Of a stretch of DNA of 64,000 nucleotides, positions 1-12,309 are shown piece by piece. A program made the translations under genes and the position numbers. How positions within the stretch are numbered: position 1 is the stretch's first letter; every line of letters starts with the position of its first letter. The stretch is from the NCBI GenBank assembly GCA_021404905.1, contig QWHN01000002.1, forward strand, positions 77,582 through 141,581. Reading direction: 5' to 3'. The stretch is from Candidatus Saccharibacteria bacterium CPR2. Lineage in GTDB: Bacteria; Patescibacteriota; Saccharimonadia; Saccharimonadales; QWHN01. The notes under the pieces are model-generated. The model had not been told where the DNA came from. It ran no database searches and worked only from the letters and a program-made list of their open reading frames with translations.

Positions 1-1
1 C

Positions 2-2572
2 AGACGTGTCAAATTAGTTGGCGAATTAGTCCAAAGACAGTTCAGAATCGGCTTGCTTAGGATGGAGCGTAACGCTAAAGACAGAATGTCGATGTCTGAA
101 ATTGAGACAGTCACTCCAGCCCAACTGATAAACGCAAGACCAGTTGTCGCGGCTGTTAGGGAATTTTTCGCAAGTTCGCAGTTATCTCAGTTTATGGATC
201 AAGTTAACCCTTTGGCGGAACTTGCCCATAAGCGAAGATTAAGTTCTATGGGTCCTGGCGGCTTAAGCCGTGAGAGAGCCGGATTTGAAGTTCGTGATGC
301 TCACGCAACTCACTATGGGCGCATGTGTACCGTTGAAACTCCGGAAGGTGCGAATATAGGCTTGGTACTTAACCTAGCCAGTTTCGCAAAAGTTAATGAA
401 TACGGCTTCGTTGAGACGCCATATCGTCAGGTCATAAACGCGGTCACTCCAAAGAATGCAGCCGGTCATATTACAAGAGATGATGTAAAAAGCGAATCTG
501 GAAAAGTTATCCTCAAAAAAGGTCATAAAATAACTCAGGCGGATCTAGGCAAGCTAAAAGATCTTAAGCAGAAAACTATCCCAGTCAAGGCAAAGGTGAC
601 GGCAAAGGTTGTTTATTTAGACGCGCATGAGGAAGAAAAAGCTGTTATCGCAAGTGCTGGAAGCGAAATAAATGACGATGGATATTTTGCGAATGACAGG
701 GTTTCAGCCCGAGTTCGATTAAAAACAGAGGAAATAGATGCTGATGGGGTTACGCATATGGATGCATCCAGGTCGCAAATTATCGGGTCATCAGCAGCTT
801 TGATACCTTTCCTTGAGAAAAACTATGTTTATCGATCATTGATGGGCGCAAATCAGCAAAGACAGGCTGTGCCCCTAATAACTCCCCAATCTCCAATTGT
901 CGGTACTGGAGTAGAATCTGTTGCTGCACTAAACTCCGGACAGTTAGTTGTAGCCGAAGATGACGGTGTGGTTGAAAAAGCTGAAGCCGGTGAAGTGGTT
1001 GTTAAATATGGCAGCAAAAGAAAGACTTATAAACCACTGCATTATATTAGAAGCAATGAAGGCTCGTGCATAAACCAAAAAGTTGTTGTGTCGCGCGGCG
1101 ATAAAATAAAAGCCGGAGCGCCAATCATTGAAGGTATGTCTATAGAAAATGGCGAGCTGGCTCTTGGTAAAGACGTGTTGGTTGCCTTTTCATCCTGGGG
1201 CGGATACAACTTTGAAGACGCTATTATTATATCCGACCGACTAGTCAAAGATGATGTGTTTACCTCTATACATATTGTTGATTACATGACAGAGGTCAGG
1301 GAAACCAAATTAGGACCTGAGATAGTCACCAGAGATATCCCAAATGTATCTGAAGAATCGCTTCGACATCTTGATGAGAACGGTATAGTTAGGATTGGAG
1401 CTGAAGTCCATCAAGGTGACATCCTTGTAGGTAAAATTACGCCTAAAGGCGAGCAGGAACTCTCAAGCGAAGAACGCTTACTACGAGCTATATTCGGTGA
1501 AAAAGCAAAAGATGTACGCGATACTTCCCAGAGAATGAGCAACGGCAAACATGGGAAAGTTGTCGGCGTGAAAGTTTTTTCAAGAGAAAGCGGGCACGAC
1601 TTGAAAGCCGGCGTGATTATGCAAATCCAGGTTTTTGTGGCTCAGATGCGCAAAATCGCTGTTGGAGATAAGCTCGGAGGCCGCCACGGTAACAAGGGCG
1701 TTATTGCAAAAATATTACCTCAAGAAGATATGCCGTTTATGGAAGATGGAACTCATGTTGATATACTTCTTAATCCCCTAGGCGTTCCAAGCCGTATGAA
1801 TATCGGCCAGCTGTTTGAAAATCATTTAGGTATGGCTGCCAGAGCTTTAGGGTATCGGGTCGCTTCGCCAGCATTTAACGGCGTACCGATTGAAACGATA
1901 AAATCTGAACTTAAAAAGGCTGGATTTACTGAAGATGGCAAAGTGTGGCTGCATGACGGCAGAACCGGTGAAAAGTTCAAGGAAAAAACAACGGTTGGCT
2001 CAATGTACATGATCAAACTCAACCACATGGTAGCTGACAAGATTCACGCCAGATCCATTGGTCCCTACACGATGGTTACCCAACAGCCACTGGGAGGAAA
2101 GGCTCAAAACGGAGGTCAGAGGTTCGGTGAAATGGAAGTGTGGGCTCTTGAAGCATACGGTGCGGCCAGCTCACTGCAGGAAATGTTAACTATCAAGTCA
2201 GATGACGTTTATGGCCGAAGCAAAGCCTATGAGTCAATTATTAAACAAGAGCCAATAATCGGTCCTAAAGTACCTGAGTCGTTTAACGTTTTAGTTAAAG
2301 AGCTTCAAGGTTTGAGCCTTAAAGTAGATCTCATTAGCAAAAAGCAAAAAGAATATGACGCAGAGGAGCTACTCGAAGAAGTCATCGAGGAAGAAGCCAG
2401 CAATATGCCAACGATCGCAGCTGATCAGAATACACTTGATGTTACCGAAGAAGCTGTTGCAGAAGAATTTGATGTTCTAGACATAGACGCGACCAAACCC
2501 GTAACAGTAGCTGCATCGTCTTCTTCTGATGACGATGATGATCAAGATGATACGGAGGAAAAAAATGAATAA
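2..2572 (+). CDS. rpoB: DNA-directed RNA polymerase subunit beta (5' end cut by window edge)
   Basis: Frame open from nt 2 ([23 protein letters not shown]). Conserved beta blocks [21 protein letters not shown] and [18 protein letters not shown]. Directly followed by rpoC. Has a 75-aa acidic tail. Confidence 0.97.
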   Translation, partial: RRVKLVGELVQRQFRIGLLRMERNAKDRMSMSEIETVTPAQLINARPVVAAVREFFASSQLSQFMDQVNPLAELAHKRRLSSMGPGGLSRERAGFEVRDAHATHYGRMCTVETPEGANIGLVLNLASFAKVNEYGFVETPYRQVINAVTPKNAAGHITRDDVKSESGKVILKKGHKITQADLGKLKDLKQKTIPVKAKVTAKVVYLDAHEEEKAVIASAGSEINDDGYFANDRVSARVRLKTEEIDADGVTHMDASRSQIIGSSAALIPFLEKNYVYRSLMGANQQRQAVPLITPQSPIVGTGVESVAALNSGQLVVAEDDGVVEKAEAGEVVVKYGSKRKTYKPLHYIRSNEGSCINQKVVVSRGDKIKAGAPIIEGMSIENGELALGKDVLVAFSSWGGYNFEDAIIISDRLVKDDVFTSIHIVDYMTEVRETKLGPEIVTRDIPNVSEESLRHLDENGIVRIGAEVHQGDILVGKITPKGEQELSSEERLLRAIFGEKAKDVRDTSQRMSNGKHGKVVGVKVFSRESGHDLKAGVIMQIQVFVAQMRKIAVGDKLGGRHGNKGVIAKILPQEDMPFMEDGTHVDILLNPLGVPSRMNIGQLFENHLGMAARALGYRVASPAFNGVPIETIKSELKKAGFTEDGKVWLHDGRTGEKFKEKTTVGSMYMIKLNHMVADKIHARSIGPYTMVTQQPLGGKAQNGGQRFGEMEVWALEAYGAASSLQEMLTIKSDDVYGRSKAYESIIKQEPIIGPKVPESFNVLVKELQGLSLKVDLISKKQKEYDAEELLEEVIEEEASNMPTIAADQNTLDVTEEAVAEEFDVLDIDATKPVTVAASSSSDDDDDQDDTEEKNE

Positions 2573-5500
2573 GCGATATCACGGTACTGATATAGCCGAC
2601 TTTGATACAGTGAAGCTTACAGTTGCTTCACCGGAAGATATTTTAGATTGGTCTTATGGAGAGGTAACAAAACCCGAGACTATTAATTACAGGACTCAAA
2701 AACCGGAACGAGACGGATTATTCTGCGAGAAAATTTTTGGTCCTATCAAAGACATCAACCCTCATGACGCAAAATACAAAGGCATGCGTTACCGCGAAGC
2801 TGCTGTAGACAAAAACGGTGAAATAGTCACTCGTGCGATAGTGCGTCGGGAAAGAATGGGGCATATCAGCCTGGCGGCACCCGTAGCGCATATATGGTTC
2901 TTGCGCGGAACTCCATCTGCGATTGGTTTATTACTGGGAATGACAGTAAAAAGTTTGGAGAGAGTTGCATATTTTGCAAGCTACATCATTACCTCAGTTG
3001 ATGATGAGAAAAGAGAAAAGCTTCTGGCGGACATTGAAGCTGAATCTGAAGCGGCAAAAATAGCTATAAAACAACGGTACGAAAAACAAGCTGAAGATGA
3101 AAAAGCAGACATCAAAAAACTAGCCGAAGAACAAACAAAAGAAATGACCGAAACTATGGCTGAGTATGCAAAAAAGAAAAGCCAGCTTGATACCCTGGTA
3201 AAAAATGGGTTGTTATCTGAAGCTGAATACAGGAATCTCACAGATGAATATAAGGAGATTATAAAAGTAGGAATGGGTGGCAGCGCTTTGAAAACCTTGC
3301 TGGACGAAGTTGATCTGGAAAAAGTTATTAATGAGCTTAGCGAAGAAGCTGACCAATCAAAGGGCCAACGCCGCAAAAAATTGATGAAAAGGCTTAAAGT
3401 TTTGGAAGGCATGCAAAGGGCGGGCATTAAACCCTCTTCGATGATATTGAGTGTCTTGCCGGTTATACCTCCAGATTTACGACCAATGGTGCAGTTAACA
3501 GGCGGCAGATTTGCCACATCAGACTTGAATGATCTTTATAGAAGGGTAATCAATAGAAATAATCGATTAAAGAAACTTATTGACCTTAAAGCGCCTGAGG
3601 TAATAAGGCGCAACGAGCAAAGAATGCTTCAGGAAGCTGTCGATGCCCTGATAGACAACAGCAATACGCGCAGTGGCAGAGCTGTGTCTTCAACCGGCGG
3701 CAGAAGACGATTAAAGTCGCTCAGCGATATGCTCAAAGGTAAGCAGGGTAGATTCCGGCAGAATCTGCTTGGTAAAAGAGTTGATTATTCGGGGCGATCC
3801 GTTATTGTTGCCGGCCCTGAGTTAAATCTAAATCAGTGCGGTCTACCAAAAATGATGGCTCTGGAGCTATTTAAACCGCTCGTTATCGGTCATTTAATTG
3901 CAAATGAATATGCTCATAACATCAAATCTGCAACCAGAATGATTGAAACCAACGAAACAGAAGTTTGGGATGCGCTTGACGAAGTTATCAAAGGAAAATA
4001 CGTTCTTCTCAACAGAGCGCCTACGCTTCACAGGCTTGGTATCCAATCATTCCAGCCAAAACTTATTGAAGGTAAGGCAATCCAGCTGCATCCACTTGTA
4101 TGTAAAGGATTCAATGCGGACTTCGATGGCGATCAGATGGCGGTTCATTTGCCTCTTTCTGTCGCTTCGCAAAAGGAAGCAAAAGAAATTATGGCGGCGA
4201 ACAAAAACTTGCTCAAACCTGCTGATGGTTCCCCAATTCTTCATATTGAACAGGATATCGTTCTTGGATGTTATTTCCTTACATATGACAAGTTTAAAGA
4301 CGTCAAATCCAAAAAAACATTTAGCTCAATTTCTGAAGCTATATTTGCTTATGACAGCAAAGCAATAGAACTACAAGCTCCGATAATCGTCACTATCAAT
4401 GGGAATAAAACAGAGACAACCCTGGGCAGAGCTTTATTCAATGAGCTGTTCCCCGAAGATTTCGAATACCAAAACGAGCCTATGACTAAGAAAAAGCTAT
4501 CATCCGTCATGTCTAAGGTATACGAAAAATATGGTCAGGAAATCGCAGCGTCCGTAGCAGACGAGCTAAAAACTCTTGGATTCCACTTCGCGACAATCTC
4601 CGGTCTATCTACTGGCATGGATGACTATCATGATTTGGAAGGCCTGAAAGAAATTATAGAAAAAGGCGAGAATAGAACCGTTCAAATCAGCGAACAATAT
4701 GATCAAGGATTTATAACGGATGAAGAAAGATACAGGTTGACTGTCCAAACTTGGAAGTCGGTAGATAAAGAAATCTTGAATGCTCTTGAAGAACAGTTCA
4801 AGAAAGAAGATAGCAGCACTTCAGTTACACTACTTTCAGGTGCAAGAGGCAACATCAGTAACTTACGCCAAATTTCAGCAGCCATGGGTGTGGTTTCTGA
4901 TGCATCGGGTCGTGAAATTGAGCTGCCCATTAAGTCAAACTACAAAAATGGTTTCTCTCCGCTTGAATACTTTATCGCAACTAGAGGTGCGCGAATGGGT
5001 ATGATCTCAACGGCTCTAAAAACTGCTGACTCAGGATATCTTACCAGAAGATTGGTGGATGTTTCCCAAGACATGTTTACCACTAGCGAAGAATCAAAAG
5101 ATCCTGGTTTTGAAGTGTATCGTAAAGATACTGAAGAAATAGGCTTGAATTTTGCGCAAAGAATTACCGGAAGATATGCAGCCCAGCAAATAAAGGATAA
5201 AAAAGGCACGGTACTGGCTAAGAAAGGCGCGCTTATAACCAACGAAGTCGCTTCAGAAATTGATAATGCTGGCATGAATAGCATTAAGATCATGAGCGTC
5301 CTTTCGTGCGAAAACTTGCGAGGCGTAAGCAGGAAATCTTATGGTACGGATATGGCTACAGGTAAATTAGTTGAGCCGAATCAACCCGTTGGAGTAATCG
5401 CGGCGCAATCCATTGGCGAGCCAGGAACTCAGTTGACACTAAACGTCTTCCATGCCGGAGGAGTCGCCGGAGAAGACATCAACCAGGGTCTGCCTAGAGT

Positions 5501-6359
5501 CGAAGAATTATTTGAAGCCAGAGTTCCAAAAGGCCAGGCTATCATCAGCGAAAACAGCGGTATAGTTTCTTTGTGGGAAGACAAGAACTATTACGTAGTC
5601 CAGGTTGTCGGTGAAAAAGTCAAAGATACGGTCTTAAAACTTGAAGGCAGAAAACCAAAGGTAAAATCAGGCATTCAAGTAGAAGTGGGAGATGTTTTAG
5701 CTACAGCAGATAACGATCAAAAACCACTGGTTGCCAAAAAAGCTGGAACCGTTGAAGTTTTTGATGAAGAGATAGTCATCGTCAGTGGCGAGGGATCATT
5801 TAAAAGATACAATATTCCTAAGTACAAGCAATTGGTCGTAAGCGATGGCGACGTTATCGCAAAAGGCGACCGGCTCACCAGTGGACCAATTAATCTTCAT
5901 GATCTCATGCGCTTAAAGGGTATAGAAGCCACCCAGCGATACATCATGAATGAGGTTCTTGCGATATTCGCAGCTCAAGGGCAAACCATTGCTGATAAGC
6001 ACCTGGAAGTAGTTGTCCGACAGATGTTCTCAAGAGTCCAGATTGAAGACCCAGGCGACAGTTTGTTTGTTACGGGCGATATTGTTTCAAAGGCATCAGT
6101 TGTCGAAGCAAATGAAGAATTAAAACAGGCTGGAAAGAATCTTGCTGAGTATAATCAGTTACTTCTTGGTATAACAAAAGTGTCTACGTGGTCTGATTCA
6201 TTCCTCTCAGCTGCCAGCTTCCAGGACACAACTAGAGTTTTGATAAACGCGGCTACAAGCGGAAAAGTTGACCACCTGTACGGACTGAAAGAAAACGTAA
6301 TCATTGGCCGAAAAATTCCAGTTGGAACCGGCGTAAAGGATGTCGTTGACGAAAGTTGA
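2565..6359 (+). CDS. rpoC: DNA-directed RNA polymerase subunit beta'
   Basis: ORF 2529..6359. Start placed at ATG 2565, which has GGAGG just upstream and whose MNKRYHG...[13 protein letters not shown] aligns to beta' N-termini. Has the [12 protein letters not shown] catalytic motif. Overlaps the rpoB stop by 8 nt. Confidence 0.97.
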   Translation: MNKRYHGTDIADFDTVKLTVASPEDILDWSYGEVTKPETINYRTQKPERDGLFCEKIFGPIKDINPHDAKYKGMRYREAAVDKNGEIVTRAIVRRERMGHISLAAPVAHIWFLRGTPSAIGLLLGMTVKSLERVAYFASYIITSVDDEKREKLLADIEAESEAAKIAIKQRYEKQAEDEKADIKKLAEEQTKEMTETMAEYAKKKSQLDTLVKNGLLSEAEYRNLTDEYKEIIKVGMGGSALKTLLDEVDLEKVINELSEEADQSKGQRRKKLMKRLKVLEGMQRAGIKPSSMILSVLPVIPPDLRPMVQLTGGRFATSDLNDLYRRVINRNNRLKKLIDLKAPEVIRRNEQRMLQEAVDALIDNSNTRSGRAVSSTGGRRRLKSLSDMLKGKQGRFRQNLLGKRVDYSGRSVIVAGPELNLNQCGLPKMMALELFKPLVIGHLIANEYAHNIKSATRMIETNETEVWDALDEVIKGKYVLLNRAPTLHRLGIQSFQPKLIEGKAIQLHPLVCKGFNADFDGDQMAVHLPLSVASQKEAKEIMAANKNLLKPADGSPILHIEQDIVLGCYFLTYDKFKDVKSKKTFSSISEAIFAYDSKAIELQAPIIVTINGNKTETTLGRALFNELFPEDFEYQNEPMTKKKLSSVMSKVYEKYGQEIAASVADELKTLGFHFATISGLSTGMDDYHDLEGLKEIIEKGENRTVQISEQYDQGFITDEERYRLTVQTWKSVDKEILNALEEQFKKEDSSTSVTLLSGARGNISNLRQISAAMGVVSDASGREIELPIKSNYKNGFSPLEYFIATRGARMGMISTALKTADSGYLTRRLVDVSQDMFTTSEESKDPGFEVYRKDTEEIGLNFAQRITGRYAAQQIKDKKGTVLAKKGALITNEVASEIDNAGMNSIKIMSVLSCENLRGVSRKSYGTDMATGKLVEPNQPVGVIAAQSIGEPGTQLTLNVFHAGGVAGEDINQGLPRVEELFEARVPKGQAIISENSGIVSLWEDKNYYVVQVVGEKVKDTVLKLEGRKPKVKSGIQVEVGDVLATADNDQKPLVAKKAGTVEVFDEEIVIVSGEGSFKRYNIPKYKQLVVSDGDVIAKGDRLTSGPINLHDLMRLKGIEATQRYIMNEVLAIFAAQGQTIADKHLEVVVRQMFSRVQIEDPGDSLFVTGDIVSKASVVEANEELKQAGKNLAEYNQLLLGITKVSTWSDSFLSAASFQDTTRVLINAATSGKVDHLYGLKENVIIGRKIPVGTGVKDVVDES

Positions 6360-6385
6360 TGAATCTGTTTGAATAGAGGACTGTT

Positions 6386-6799
6386 ATGCCAACAATTAAC
6401 CAAATCATTCGTAAATCAAGGAAGTCTGGCCAGAAAAAGGCTAAGTCTCCGGCTTTGATGCGCGTCAACAACACATTAAAGAACAAAAATTATCTAAAAC
6501 CTTCGCCTTTAAAAAGAGGTGTTTGCGTTAAGGTTACTACTAAAACTCCAAGAAAACCTAACTCGGCGCTAAGAAAAGTTGCTAGAGTTCGTCTTACCAA
6601 CGGCGAGGAAGTTTGGGCTTATATTGGCGGCGAAGGGCACAATTTACAGGAGCACGCTGTTGTGCTGGTACGCGGTGGAAGAGTGCCGGATCTTCCCGGT
6701 GTTAGATACCACATAGTCAGAGGCGCTTTAGACTTACAGGGCGTTGAGGGCAGGACACAAAGACGTTCAAAATACGGCACAAAAAAGGCTTCTAAATAA
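6386..6799 (+). CDS. rpsL: 30S ribosomal protein S12
   Basis: [10 protein letters not shown]...[20 protein letters not shown] is a typical S12 sequence. Sits in str-operon position after rpoC. Confidence 0.98.
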   Translation: MPTINQIIRKSRKSGQKKAKSPALMRVNNTLKNKNYLKPSPLKRGVCVKVTTKTPRKPNSALRKVARVRLTNGEEVWAYIGGEGHNLQEHAVVLVRGGRVPDLPGVRYHIVRGALDLQGVEGRTQRRSKYGTKKASK

Positions 6800-6844
6800 T
6801 CGAATGGCAACCAATTAAAAAGTTACTTCACAGGAGAATAAATA

Positions 6845-7324
6845 ATGCCAAGGAAAAAAACCAAATCGCTGCAAAGAAAAATAGCTCCAGACAGGAGATA
6901 TAACAGTGTTTTGGTCGCCAAATTAATCAACAAATCAATGCTCGGCGGCAAGAAGTTATTGTCTGAACGTTTGGTGTATCAAGGCATGGAAACAGCAGCG
7001 AAGAAACTAAAAAAAGATAACCCTCTAGAGGTGCTTGAGGCTTCTTTGAAGAACGTTTATCCAGTTCTTGAAGTAAAATCAAGACGTATTGGTGGCGCTA
7101 ACTATCAGATTCCTTTTGAGGTTAGAGGGTCTCGTCAGGTTCACCTGGCTTTAATGTGGTTTGTGGCAGCTACCAGGGCGCGCAAGGGCAAGCCATATGA
7201 CGAGTGTTTAGCGGATGAAATCGTCGACGCGTTTAATAACACCGGCGCAGCCGTTAAGAAAAAAGAAGATACGCATAAGATGGCAGAAGCTAACCGCGCC
7301 TTTGCCCATTTTGCTAGATACTAA
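6845..7324 (+). CDS. rpsG: 30S ribosomal protein S7
   Basis: MPRK...VEVKSRRIGGANYQIPFEVR is an S7 signature. Lies between rpsL and fusA. Confidence 0.98.
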   Translation: MPRKKTKSLQRKIAPDRRYNSVLVAKLINKSMLGGKKLLSERLVYQGMETAAKKLKKDNPLEVLEASLKNVYPVLEVKSRRIGGANYQIPFEVRGSRQVHLALMWFVAATRARKGKPYDECLADEIVDAFNNTGAAVKKKEDTHKMAEANRAFAHFARY

Positions 7325-7352
7325 TTTAACTTAAGGAAAACTCAGCACAAAG

Positions 7353-9434
7353 ATGACAAACAACGCTCATGAACTTGGAAATATTAGAAATATTGGAATT
7401 ATCGCGCATATTGATGCCGGTAAGACTACTACTACTGAAGGCATTTTGTATCGCACTGGGCTGAAACATAAAATTGGCGCTGTTCACGAAGGCGAAACTA
7501 CTACAGACTGGATGGAGCAGGAGCGTGAGCGAGGCATAACCATAACCAGTGCAGCTGTAACCTGTTTTTGGAAAGGTAATAAAATCAATATTATTGACAC
7601 CCCAGGGCATATTGATTTTACGGCCGAAGTAGAAAGATCTCTCAGAGTTTTAGATGGAGCCGTCGTAGTTTTTGATGGTAAGATGGGCGTGGAATCACAG
7701 TCTGAAACAGTTTGGCGCCAGGCTGATAAATATAAAGTGCCTAGAATTTGTTTTATTAACAAAATCAACCAAACGGGCGGGGATTTTTATAAATCGCTCG
7801 AATCAATCCACAACAGGTTAAGTAAACGCGCGTTCGCACTGCATTTACCGATAGGGTTCGAGCAAGGCGTCAAAGGTGTAGTTGACCTGATAAGCATGAA
7901 GGCTTATACGTATAACGAATTCACCGACAAGAACCTGGTTGAAGGGGAAATTCCCGAGGATATGCTCGACCAAGCCAAGAAGTACCGCTCTCTGTTAATA
8001 GAAAACGCCGTTGCTGAAGACGAAGAAATGATTGAAAAATATTTTGAAGTCGGAGAAGAGGGCTTGAGCGAAGACGAGATTAAGCATGCCATCCGAACGG
8101 CTGTGCTTTCAGGTAATTTCTATGCGGTAACGGGTGGTGACGGACGAGGCGTGATAGTAGAGAAGGTCCTAGATATGGTCACTGATTTTCTACCCAGCCC
8201 CCTGGATAGAGGAAGCGTGTGGGGCAGGCATCCAAAAACAGATGATGAAGTTGAGAGAAAACCGGACATCACTCAACCATTCTCGTCACTTGCCTTTAAA
8301 ATAGCCACCGACCCATTCATGGGGAAATTGTGTTTCATTAGAGTTTATTCCGGAAAAGTCCAAGCGGGTAGCTATATTTTTAACAGCAGCACTGGAAATA
8401 AAGAAAGAATCGGTCGCTTAGTTCGCATGCATGCGGATAAAAGAGAGGATATAGACGTGGTTGAAGCGGGAGATATAGCCGCGATAGTTGGCATAAAAGG
8501 AACCACCACAGGAAATACGTTGTGCGACCAAGCGCATCCAATAACCCTAGAGAGTATTGATTTCCCCGAACCGCCTGTTTCTATCGCAATCGAGCCAAAG
8601 ACGAAAGCAGACCAAGAAAAGATGGCTTTAGCCCTGCAACGCCTGGCCGAAGAAGATCCGACATTTAGAATTCAGAGCAACGAAGAAACCGGGCAAACTA
8701 TCATTAGCGGCATGGGCGAACTTCATCTTGAAATAATTGTTGACAGAATGAAGCGAGAATTTAGCGTAGAGGCAAGCGTGGGCCAGCCTCAAGTAGCATA
8801 TCGCGAAACAATAAAGGGCACATCAGAAACGGAAGGTAAATTTATTAAGCAATCTGGTGGTAGAGGCCAGTACGGACACGTATGGCTTAAACTTGAGCCT
8901 CTTGAAGCCGGCAAGGGATTTGAATTTATTGATGCCATTAAGGGGGGCGTTGTTCCAAAAGAATACATTGCTCCTGTAAAAAACGGCGTAGAAGAGGCAA
9001 TGGCGAATGGCGTTATTGCGGGTTACCCGGTAGTTGACCTGAAATGTACTCTTTATGACGGTTCGTATCACGAGGTTGACTCCAGCGAAGTCGCGTTTAA
9101 AGTAGCCGCCAGCAAAGCACTTCAAGAGGGCGTTAGAAAAGCCAGTCCTGTTATACTCGAGCCTGTAATGAAGTTGGTTGTGGTTACGCCAGAGAGCTTC
9201 ATGGGGGATGTCATAGGGGATCTTAACTCGAAACGAGGCAGAATAGAGTCAATGGAAGATCTTCAATCGGGAGTAAAAGAAATAACCGCTTTTGTCCCCT
9301 TAGGGGAAATGTTTGGTTACACTACAAACCTTCGTTCAATGACTCAAGGGAGAGCCAGTTCCAGCATGGAACTAGACCATTATGGCGAAGTTCCGCCAAA
9401 CATAGCCGAAGCTATAATTGCCAAAAAATCTTGA
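7353..9434 (+). CDS. fusA: translation elongation factor G
   Basis: GTPase motifs [17 protein letters not shown] and NKID-like NKIN. 693 aa. Sits in str-operon position. Confidence 0.97.
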   Translation: MTNNAHELGNIRNIGIIAHIDAGKTTTTEGILYRTGLKHKIGAVHEGETTTDWMEQERERGITITSAAVTCFWKGNKINIIDTPGHIDFTAEVERSLRVLDGAVVVFDGKMGVESQSETVWRQADKYKVPRICFINKINQTGGDFYKSLESIHNRLSKRAFALHLPIGFEQGVKGVVDLISMKAYTYNEFTDKNLVEGEIPEDMLDQAKKYRSLLIENAVAEDEEMIEKYFEVGEEGLSEDEIKHAIRTAVLSGNFYAVTGGDGRGVIVEKVLDMVTDFLPSPLDRGSVWGRHPKTDDEVERKPDITQPFSSLAFKIATDPFMGKLCFIRVYSGKVQAGSYIFNSSTGNKERIGRLVRMHADKREDIDVVEAGDIAAIVGIKGTTTGNTLCDQAHPITLESIDFPEPPVSIAIEPKTKADQEKMALALQRLAEEDPTFRIQSNEETGQTIISGMGELHLEIIVDRMKREFSVEASVGQPQVAYRETIKGTSETEGKFIKQSGGRGQYGHVWLKLEPLEAGKGFEFIDAIKGGVVPKEYIAPVKNGVEEAMANGVIAGYPVVDLKCTLYDGSYHEVDSSEVAFKVAASKALQEGVRKASPVILEPVMKLVVVTPESFMGDVIGDLNSKRGRIESMEDLQSGVKEITAFVPLGEMFGYTTNLRSMTQGRASSSMELDHYGEVPPNIAEAIIAKKS

Positions 9435-9440
9435 AAACAC

Positions 9441-9469
9441 TTTACAAACTCTAGTAGTTTATCTATAAT
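9441..9469 (+). promoter_or_regulatory. sigma70-type promoter for tuf: TTTACA-17-TATAAT
   Basis: TTTACA at 9441-9446 and TATAAT at 9464-9469 with a 17-nt spacer. Nearly the same promoter occurs at 22432-22460. Confidence 0.6.
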
Positions 9470-9545
9470 CTCACGAGTATAAATGCGCGAAACTACTTAT
9501 AAAGTAATCACGTAAATAATTTTAACTAAATATTAGGAGTAAATA

Positions 9546-10727
9546 ATGGCAGATTTTCAGCGAAACAAACCACACGTTAACGTAGGTACTATGGGTCATG
9601 TTGACCATGGTAAGACTACGCTTACGGCAGCTATCACTGCTACGCTTGCTAAAAAACTTCCATCAGATATAAATAAGGCTATTGCTTATGATCAGATTGA
9701 CAACGCTCCAGAAGAAAAAGAGCGTGGCATTACCATTGCAACTTCTCACCAGGAGTATGAAACAGAAAAAAGACACTACGCTCACGTAGACATGCCAGGC
9801 CACGCAGACTATGTTAAAAACATGATTACCGGTGCAGCTCAGATTGACGGAGCTGTGCTCGTAGTTTCCGCGGCAGATGGCCCTATGCCTCAAACTCGCG
9901 AGCACGTTCTTTTAGCCCGCCAGGTTGGTGTCCCTAAAATTGTTGTGTTCCTTAATAAAATGGATATGGCTGATCCGGAACTTGTTGAACTTGTTGAGAT
10001 GGATGTTAGAGAACTCCTTGCTAAATATGAGTTTGACGAGAACGCTCCGATTGTTAAAGGATCTGCGCTTAAAGCTCTTGAAGGTGATGAAAAAGAGCAG
10101 GACAACATTATGGAGCTCTTAAAAGCTATGGACGAATATATCCCAGAGCCAAAAAGAGAAATTGAAAAAGATTTTCTTATGCCAGTTGAAGACGTTTTCT
10201 CAATCAAGGGGCGGGGTACTGTTGCTACGGGTCGTATAGAACAAGGTGTTGTAAAAGTTAACGAAGAAGTTGAAATTGTTGGGCTGCGCGACACCAAAAA
10301 GACTGTTGTTACCGGCGTTGAAATGTTTAAGAAAAATCTTGATCAAGGTCAAGCTGGAGATAACGTAGGTGTGCTTCTGCGCGGTATTGAAAGAGATGAT
10401 ATTGAACGCGGACAAGTTCTTGCAAAACCAGGTTCAATCACACCGCATACAGAATTTGATGCAGAAGTTTACGTCCTTACTAAAGAAGAAGGTGGACGAC
10501 ACACCCCATTCTTTAAAGGATATAAACCGCAGTTTTATTTCAGAACTACTGATGTTACCGGTGAAGTAGAGCTTCCTGCTGATAAGGAAATGGTTATGCC
10601 TGGCGACACCGTAACCTTTAAGGTTAAGCTTCTGCAGCCTATCGCTATGGATGAAGGCCTAAGGTTCGCTATTCGCGAAGGTGGTAGGACAGTCGGCGCA
10701 GGTGTTGTCACCAAGATTAATAAGTAA
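9546..10727 (+). CDS. tuf: translation elongation factor Tu
   Basis: [23 protein letters not shown] and NKMD motifs. AGGAG SD upstream. Confidence 0.98.
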   Translation: MADFQRNKPHVNVGTMGHVDHGKTTLTAAITATLAKKLPSDINKAIAYDQIDNAPEEKERGITIATSHQEYETEKRHYAHVDMPGHADYVKNMITGAAQIDGAVLVVSAADGPMPQTREHVLLARQVGVPKIVVFLNKMDMADPELVELVEMDVRELLAKYEFDENAPIVKGSALKALEGDEKEQDNIMELLKAMDEYIPEPKREIEKDFLMPVEDVFSIKGRGTVATGRIEQGVVKVNEEVEIVGLRDTKKTVVTGVEMFKKNLDQGQAGDNVGVLLRGIERDDIERGQVLAKPGSITPHTEFDAEVYVLTKEEGGRHTPFFKGYKPQFYFRTTDVTGEVELPADKEMVMPGDTVTFKVKLLQPIAMDEGLRFAIREGGRTVGAGVVTKINK

Positions 10728-10762
10728 ATAAACAAATCAAGATAAGATTTAAATAGATTAAC

Positions 10763-11095
10763 ATGACTGAAAAACCCAAAGATATTTCTGGAAAGCAGAG
10801 AATCCGCATTAAACTCAAGGCATATGATCACAAGATTATTGATCAATCTGCTAAACAAATAATTGACACTGCCCTTAGAACCGGAGCACAAATAAGGGGC
10901 CCGATCCCTTTACCAACCAGAAAAAGTACTTTTACGGTCATCAAGAGCCCTCACGTATACAAAAAAGGTCGCGAGCAGTTCGAGATGAGAGTTCACAAAC
11001 GTCTTATTGATATATCTGAACCTACTGCTAAAACTATTGACTCGCTCATGAACCTTAGTCTTCCAGCTGGTTGCAACGCTGAAATCAAGATGTAA
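10763..11095 (+). CDS. rpsJ: 30S ribosomal protein S10
   Basis: [25 protein letters not shown]...[36 protein letters not shown] is canonical S10. Confidence 0.98.
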   Translation: MTEKPKDISGKQRIRIKLKAYDHKIIDQSAKQIIDTALRTGAQIRGPIPLPTRKSTFTVIKSPHVYKKGREQFEMRVHKRLIDISEPTAKTIDSLMNLSLPAGCNAEIKM

Positions 11096-11144
11096 CTCTG
11101 GTCTTCAATAAATTGCTGCGCTTAAAGTTACAATTTGGTACACT

Positions 11145-11405
11145 ATGCTTATGCCACGCAAGAAAATTGAGCCAGACAGTGTCTTTTTTCTGAAAGTTTT
11201 ATTTTATTTTTTGATTGGGACTTTTTGGATAAGAATTAGTAATGATGGCATTAATGATACGTCCTTTAGCATACCCGCGGGGTTGTTTCTTGGTATATTT
11301 TTTGCCCATCATGATCATTTTAAGATAGATCGAAAAATTGAGTTTGCGATATTAATTATTTCGACTATTTTAAGCTACTATGTTCCCATTGGCTTAGTGT
11401 TATGA
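11145..11405 (+). CDS. small integral membrane protein (3 predicted TM helices), unknown function
   Basis: Three hydrophobic stretches. The stop overlaps the next start (ATGA). The extended -10 TGGTACACT ends at 11144, so the real start may be the second ATG at 11151 (leaderless). Confidence 0.55.
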   Translation: MLMPRKKIEPDSVFFLKVLFYFLIGTFWIRISNDGINDTSFSIPAGLFLGIFFAHHDHFKIDRKIEFAILIISTILSYYVPIGLVL

Positions 11406-12142
11406 GTAAAGTTTTGTTTTTTTCACGAAAATTCGCAAAAAGCTTACTAACTAAAATAAAAACAAAAAAAGTTGCCTATATGTTGGTGTCTTTGCTGCTG
11501 ATTTTTGCTTTTAGCGCCAAAACATATGCTAACTGGAATGAATTTTCGCGAAATCAGGAAGTAACCAGTTGCAATACTTTAATATCAGGATGCTCTCTGG
11601 CCTATATTGAAAAAACCTCTATAGAACAAAAATTTCAAGGTGAGTCGGTTCTGGGATTAGTCGCAACCAATAAAGTAATAACTTTTTCAGTGGAGACAAG
11701 AGGAGCAATTACCTCGGATTTAAATGAATTTATATCTCTTGCACTTGAATCATTGAATAGTCCCAATGGATGGAGTCGCGCCGGTTTGTCGTTTTCTCGG
11801 GTTCAATCAGGCGGCAATTTTACTTTAGTTTTAGCCACACCCCCGGAAGTAGCGGCGTTTTCTATTGGTTGTGATAGCTACTACAGCTGTAACGCAGGAA
11901 GGTATGTAATAATCAATGAAGATCGCTGGAAGCAGGGAACAACTACCTGGACTGGGTCGCTCAGAGATTACCGCCACATGGTTGTCAATCATGAAACAGG
12001 CCACTTCCTGGGTCATGGCCACAGAAACTGTCAATCTCCTGGTTCTCCTGCGCCTGTTATGCAACAACAGTCAATTGATTTGCAGGGATGTACTGCCAAC
12101 CCCTGGCCGCTTGATTATGAAATTTCTGCCACTTCAATTTAG
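11402..12142 (+). CDS. secreted/anchored zinc metalloprotease-like protein (HExxHxxGxxH; resembles DUF3152 family)
   Basis: N-terminal basic plus hydrophobic signal/anchor (KVAYMLVSLLLIFAFSAKTYA). NHETGHFLGHGH at 11987-12022. Downstream conserved-looking APVMQQQ...GC..NPWP block. Several Cys pairs. Confidence 0.7.
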   Translation: MSKVLFFSRKFAKSLLTKIKTKKVAYMLVSLLLIFAFSAKTYANWNEFSRNQEVTSCNTLISGCSLAYIEKTSIEQKFQGESVLGLVATNKVITFSVETRGAITSDLNEFISLALESLNSPNGWSRAGLSFSRVQSGGNFTLVLATPPEVAAFSIGCDSYYSCNAGRYVIINEDRWKQGTTTWTGSLRDYRHMVVNHETGHFLGHGHRNCQSPGSPAPVMQQQSIDLQGCTANPWPLDYEISATSI

Positions 12143-12175
12143 TTGCAAATTAGAACAAACCTAGCTCTTTATATA

Positions 12176-12205
12176 TTGACAACAGATGTGCCCATCTGTT
12201 AAGCT
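12176..12205 (+). promoter_or_regulatory. candidate promoter TTGACA-18-TAAGCT with embedded 8+8 palindrome
   Basis: TTGACA at 12176-12181 and TAAGCT at 12200-12205. The perfect inverted repeat AACAGATG-tgcc-CATCTGTT (12181-12200) fills the spacer. Confidence 0.4.
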
Positions 12206-12240
12206 CATACGGTAATATATGCATGCGCAAGCGGTGTATG

Positions 12241-12309
12241 TTTGGTGCGTCGATAGGCCTGGTTTTTAGTGTGCCTGAATACACTACAAGGAACCATCGA
12301 AATACCAAA
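12241..12309 (+). promoter_or_regulatory. structured 5' leader ahead of rplC (nested helices)
   Basis: 12241-12246 pairs with 12304-12309, and 12250-12254 with 12296-12300. These enclose the hairpin TAGTGT/ACACTA (12267-12272 / 12281-12286). Confidence 0.4.

Noticed and set aside
2981-3517. 178-aa antisense ORF inside rpoC. Similar antisense or off-frame ORFs occur at 3943-4368, 4940-5293, 9890-10297, 16358-16765, 43266-43706, 55426-55851 and 60136-60588.
   Set aside because: All lie opposite or out of frame to strongly conserved genes. They are Ser/Phe/Leu-rich mirror images of K/E-rich coding sequence, with no SD or promoter context. They are shadow ORFs.
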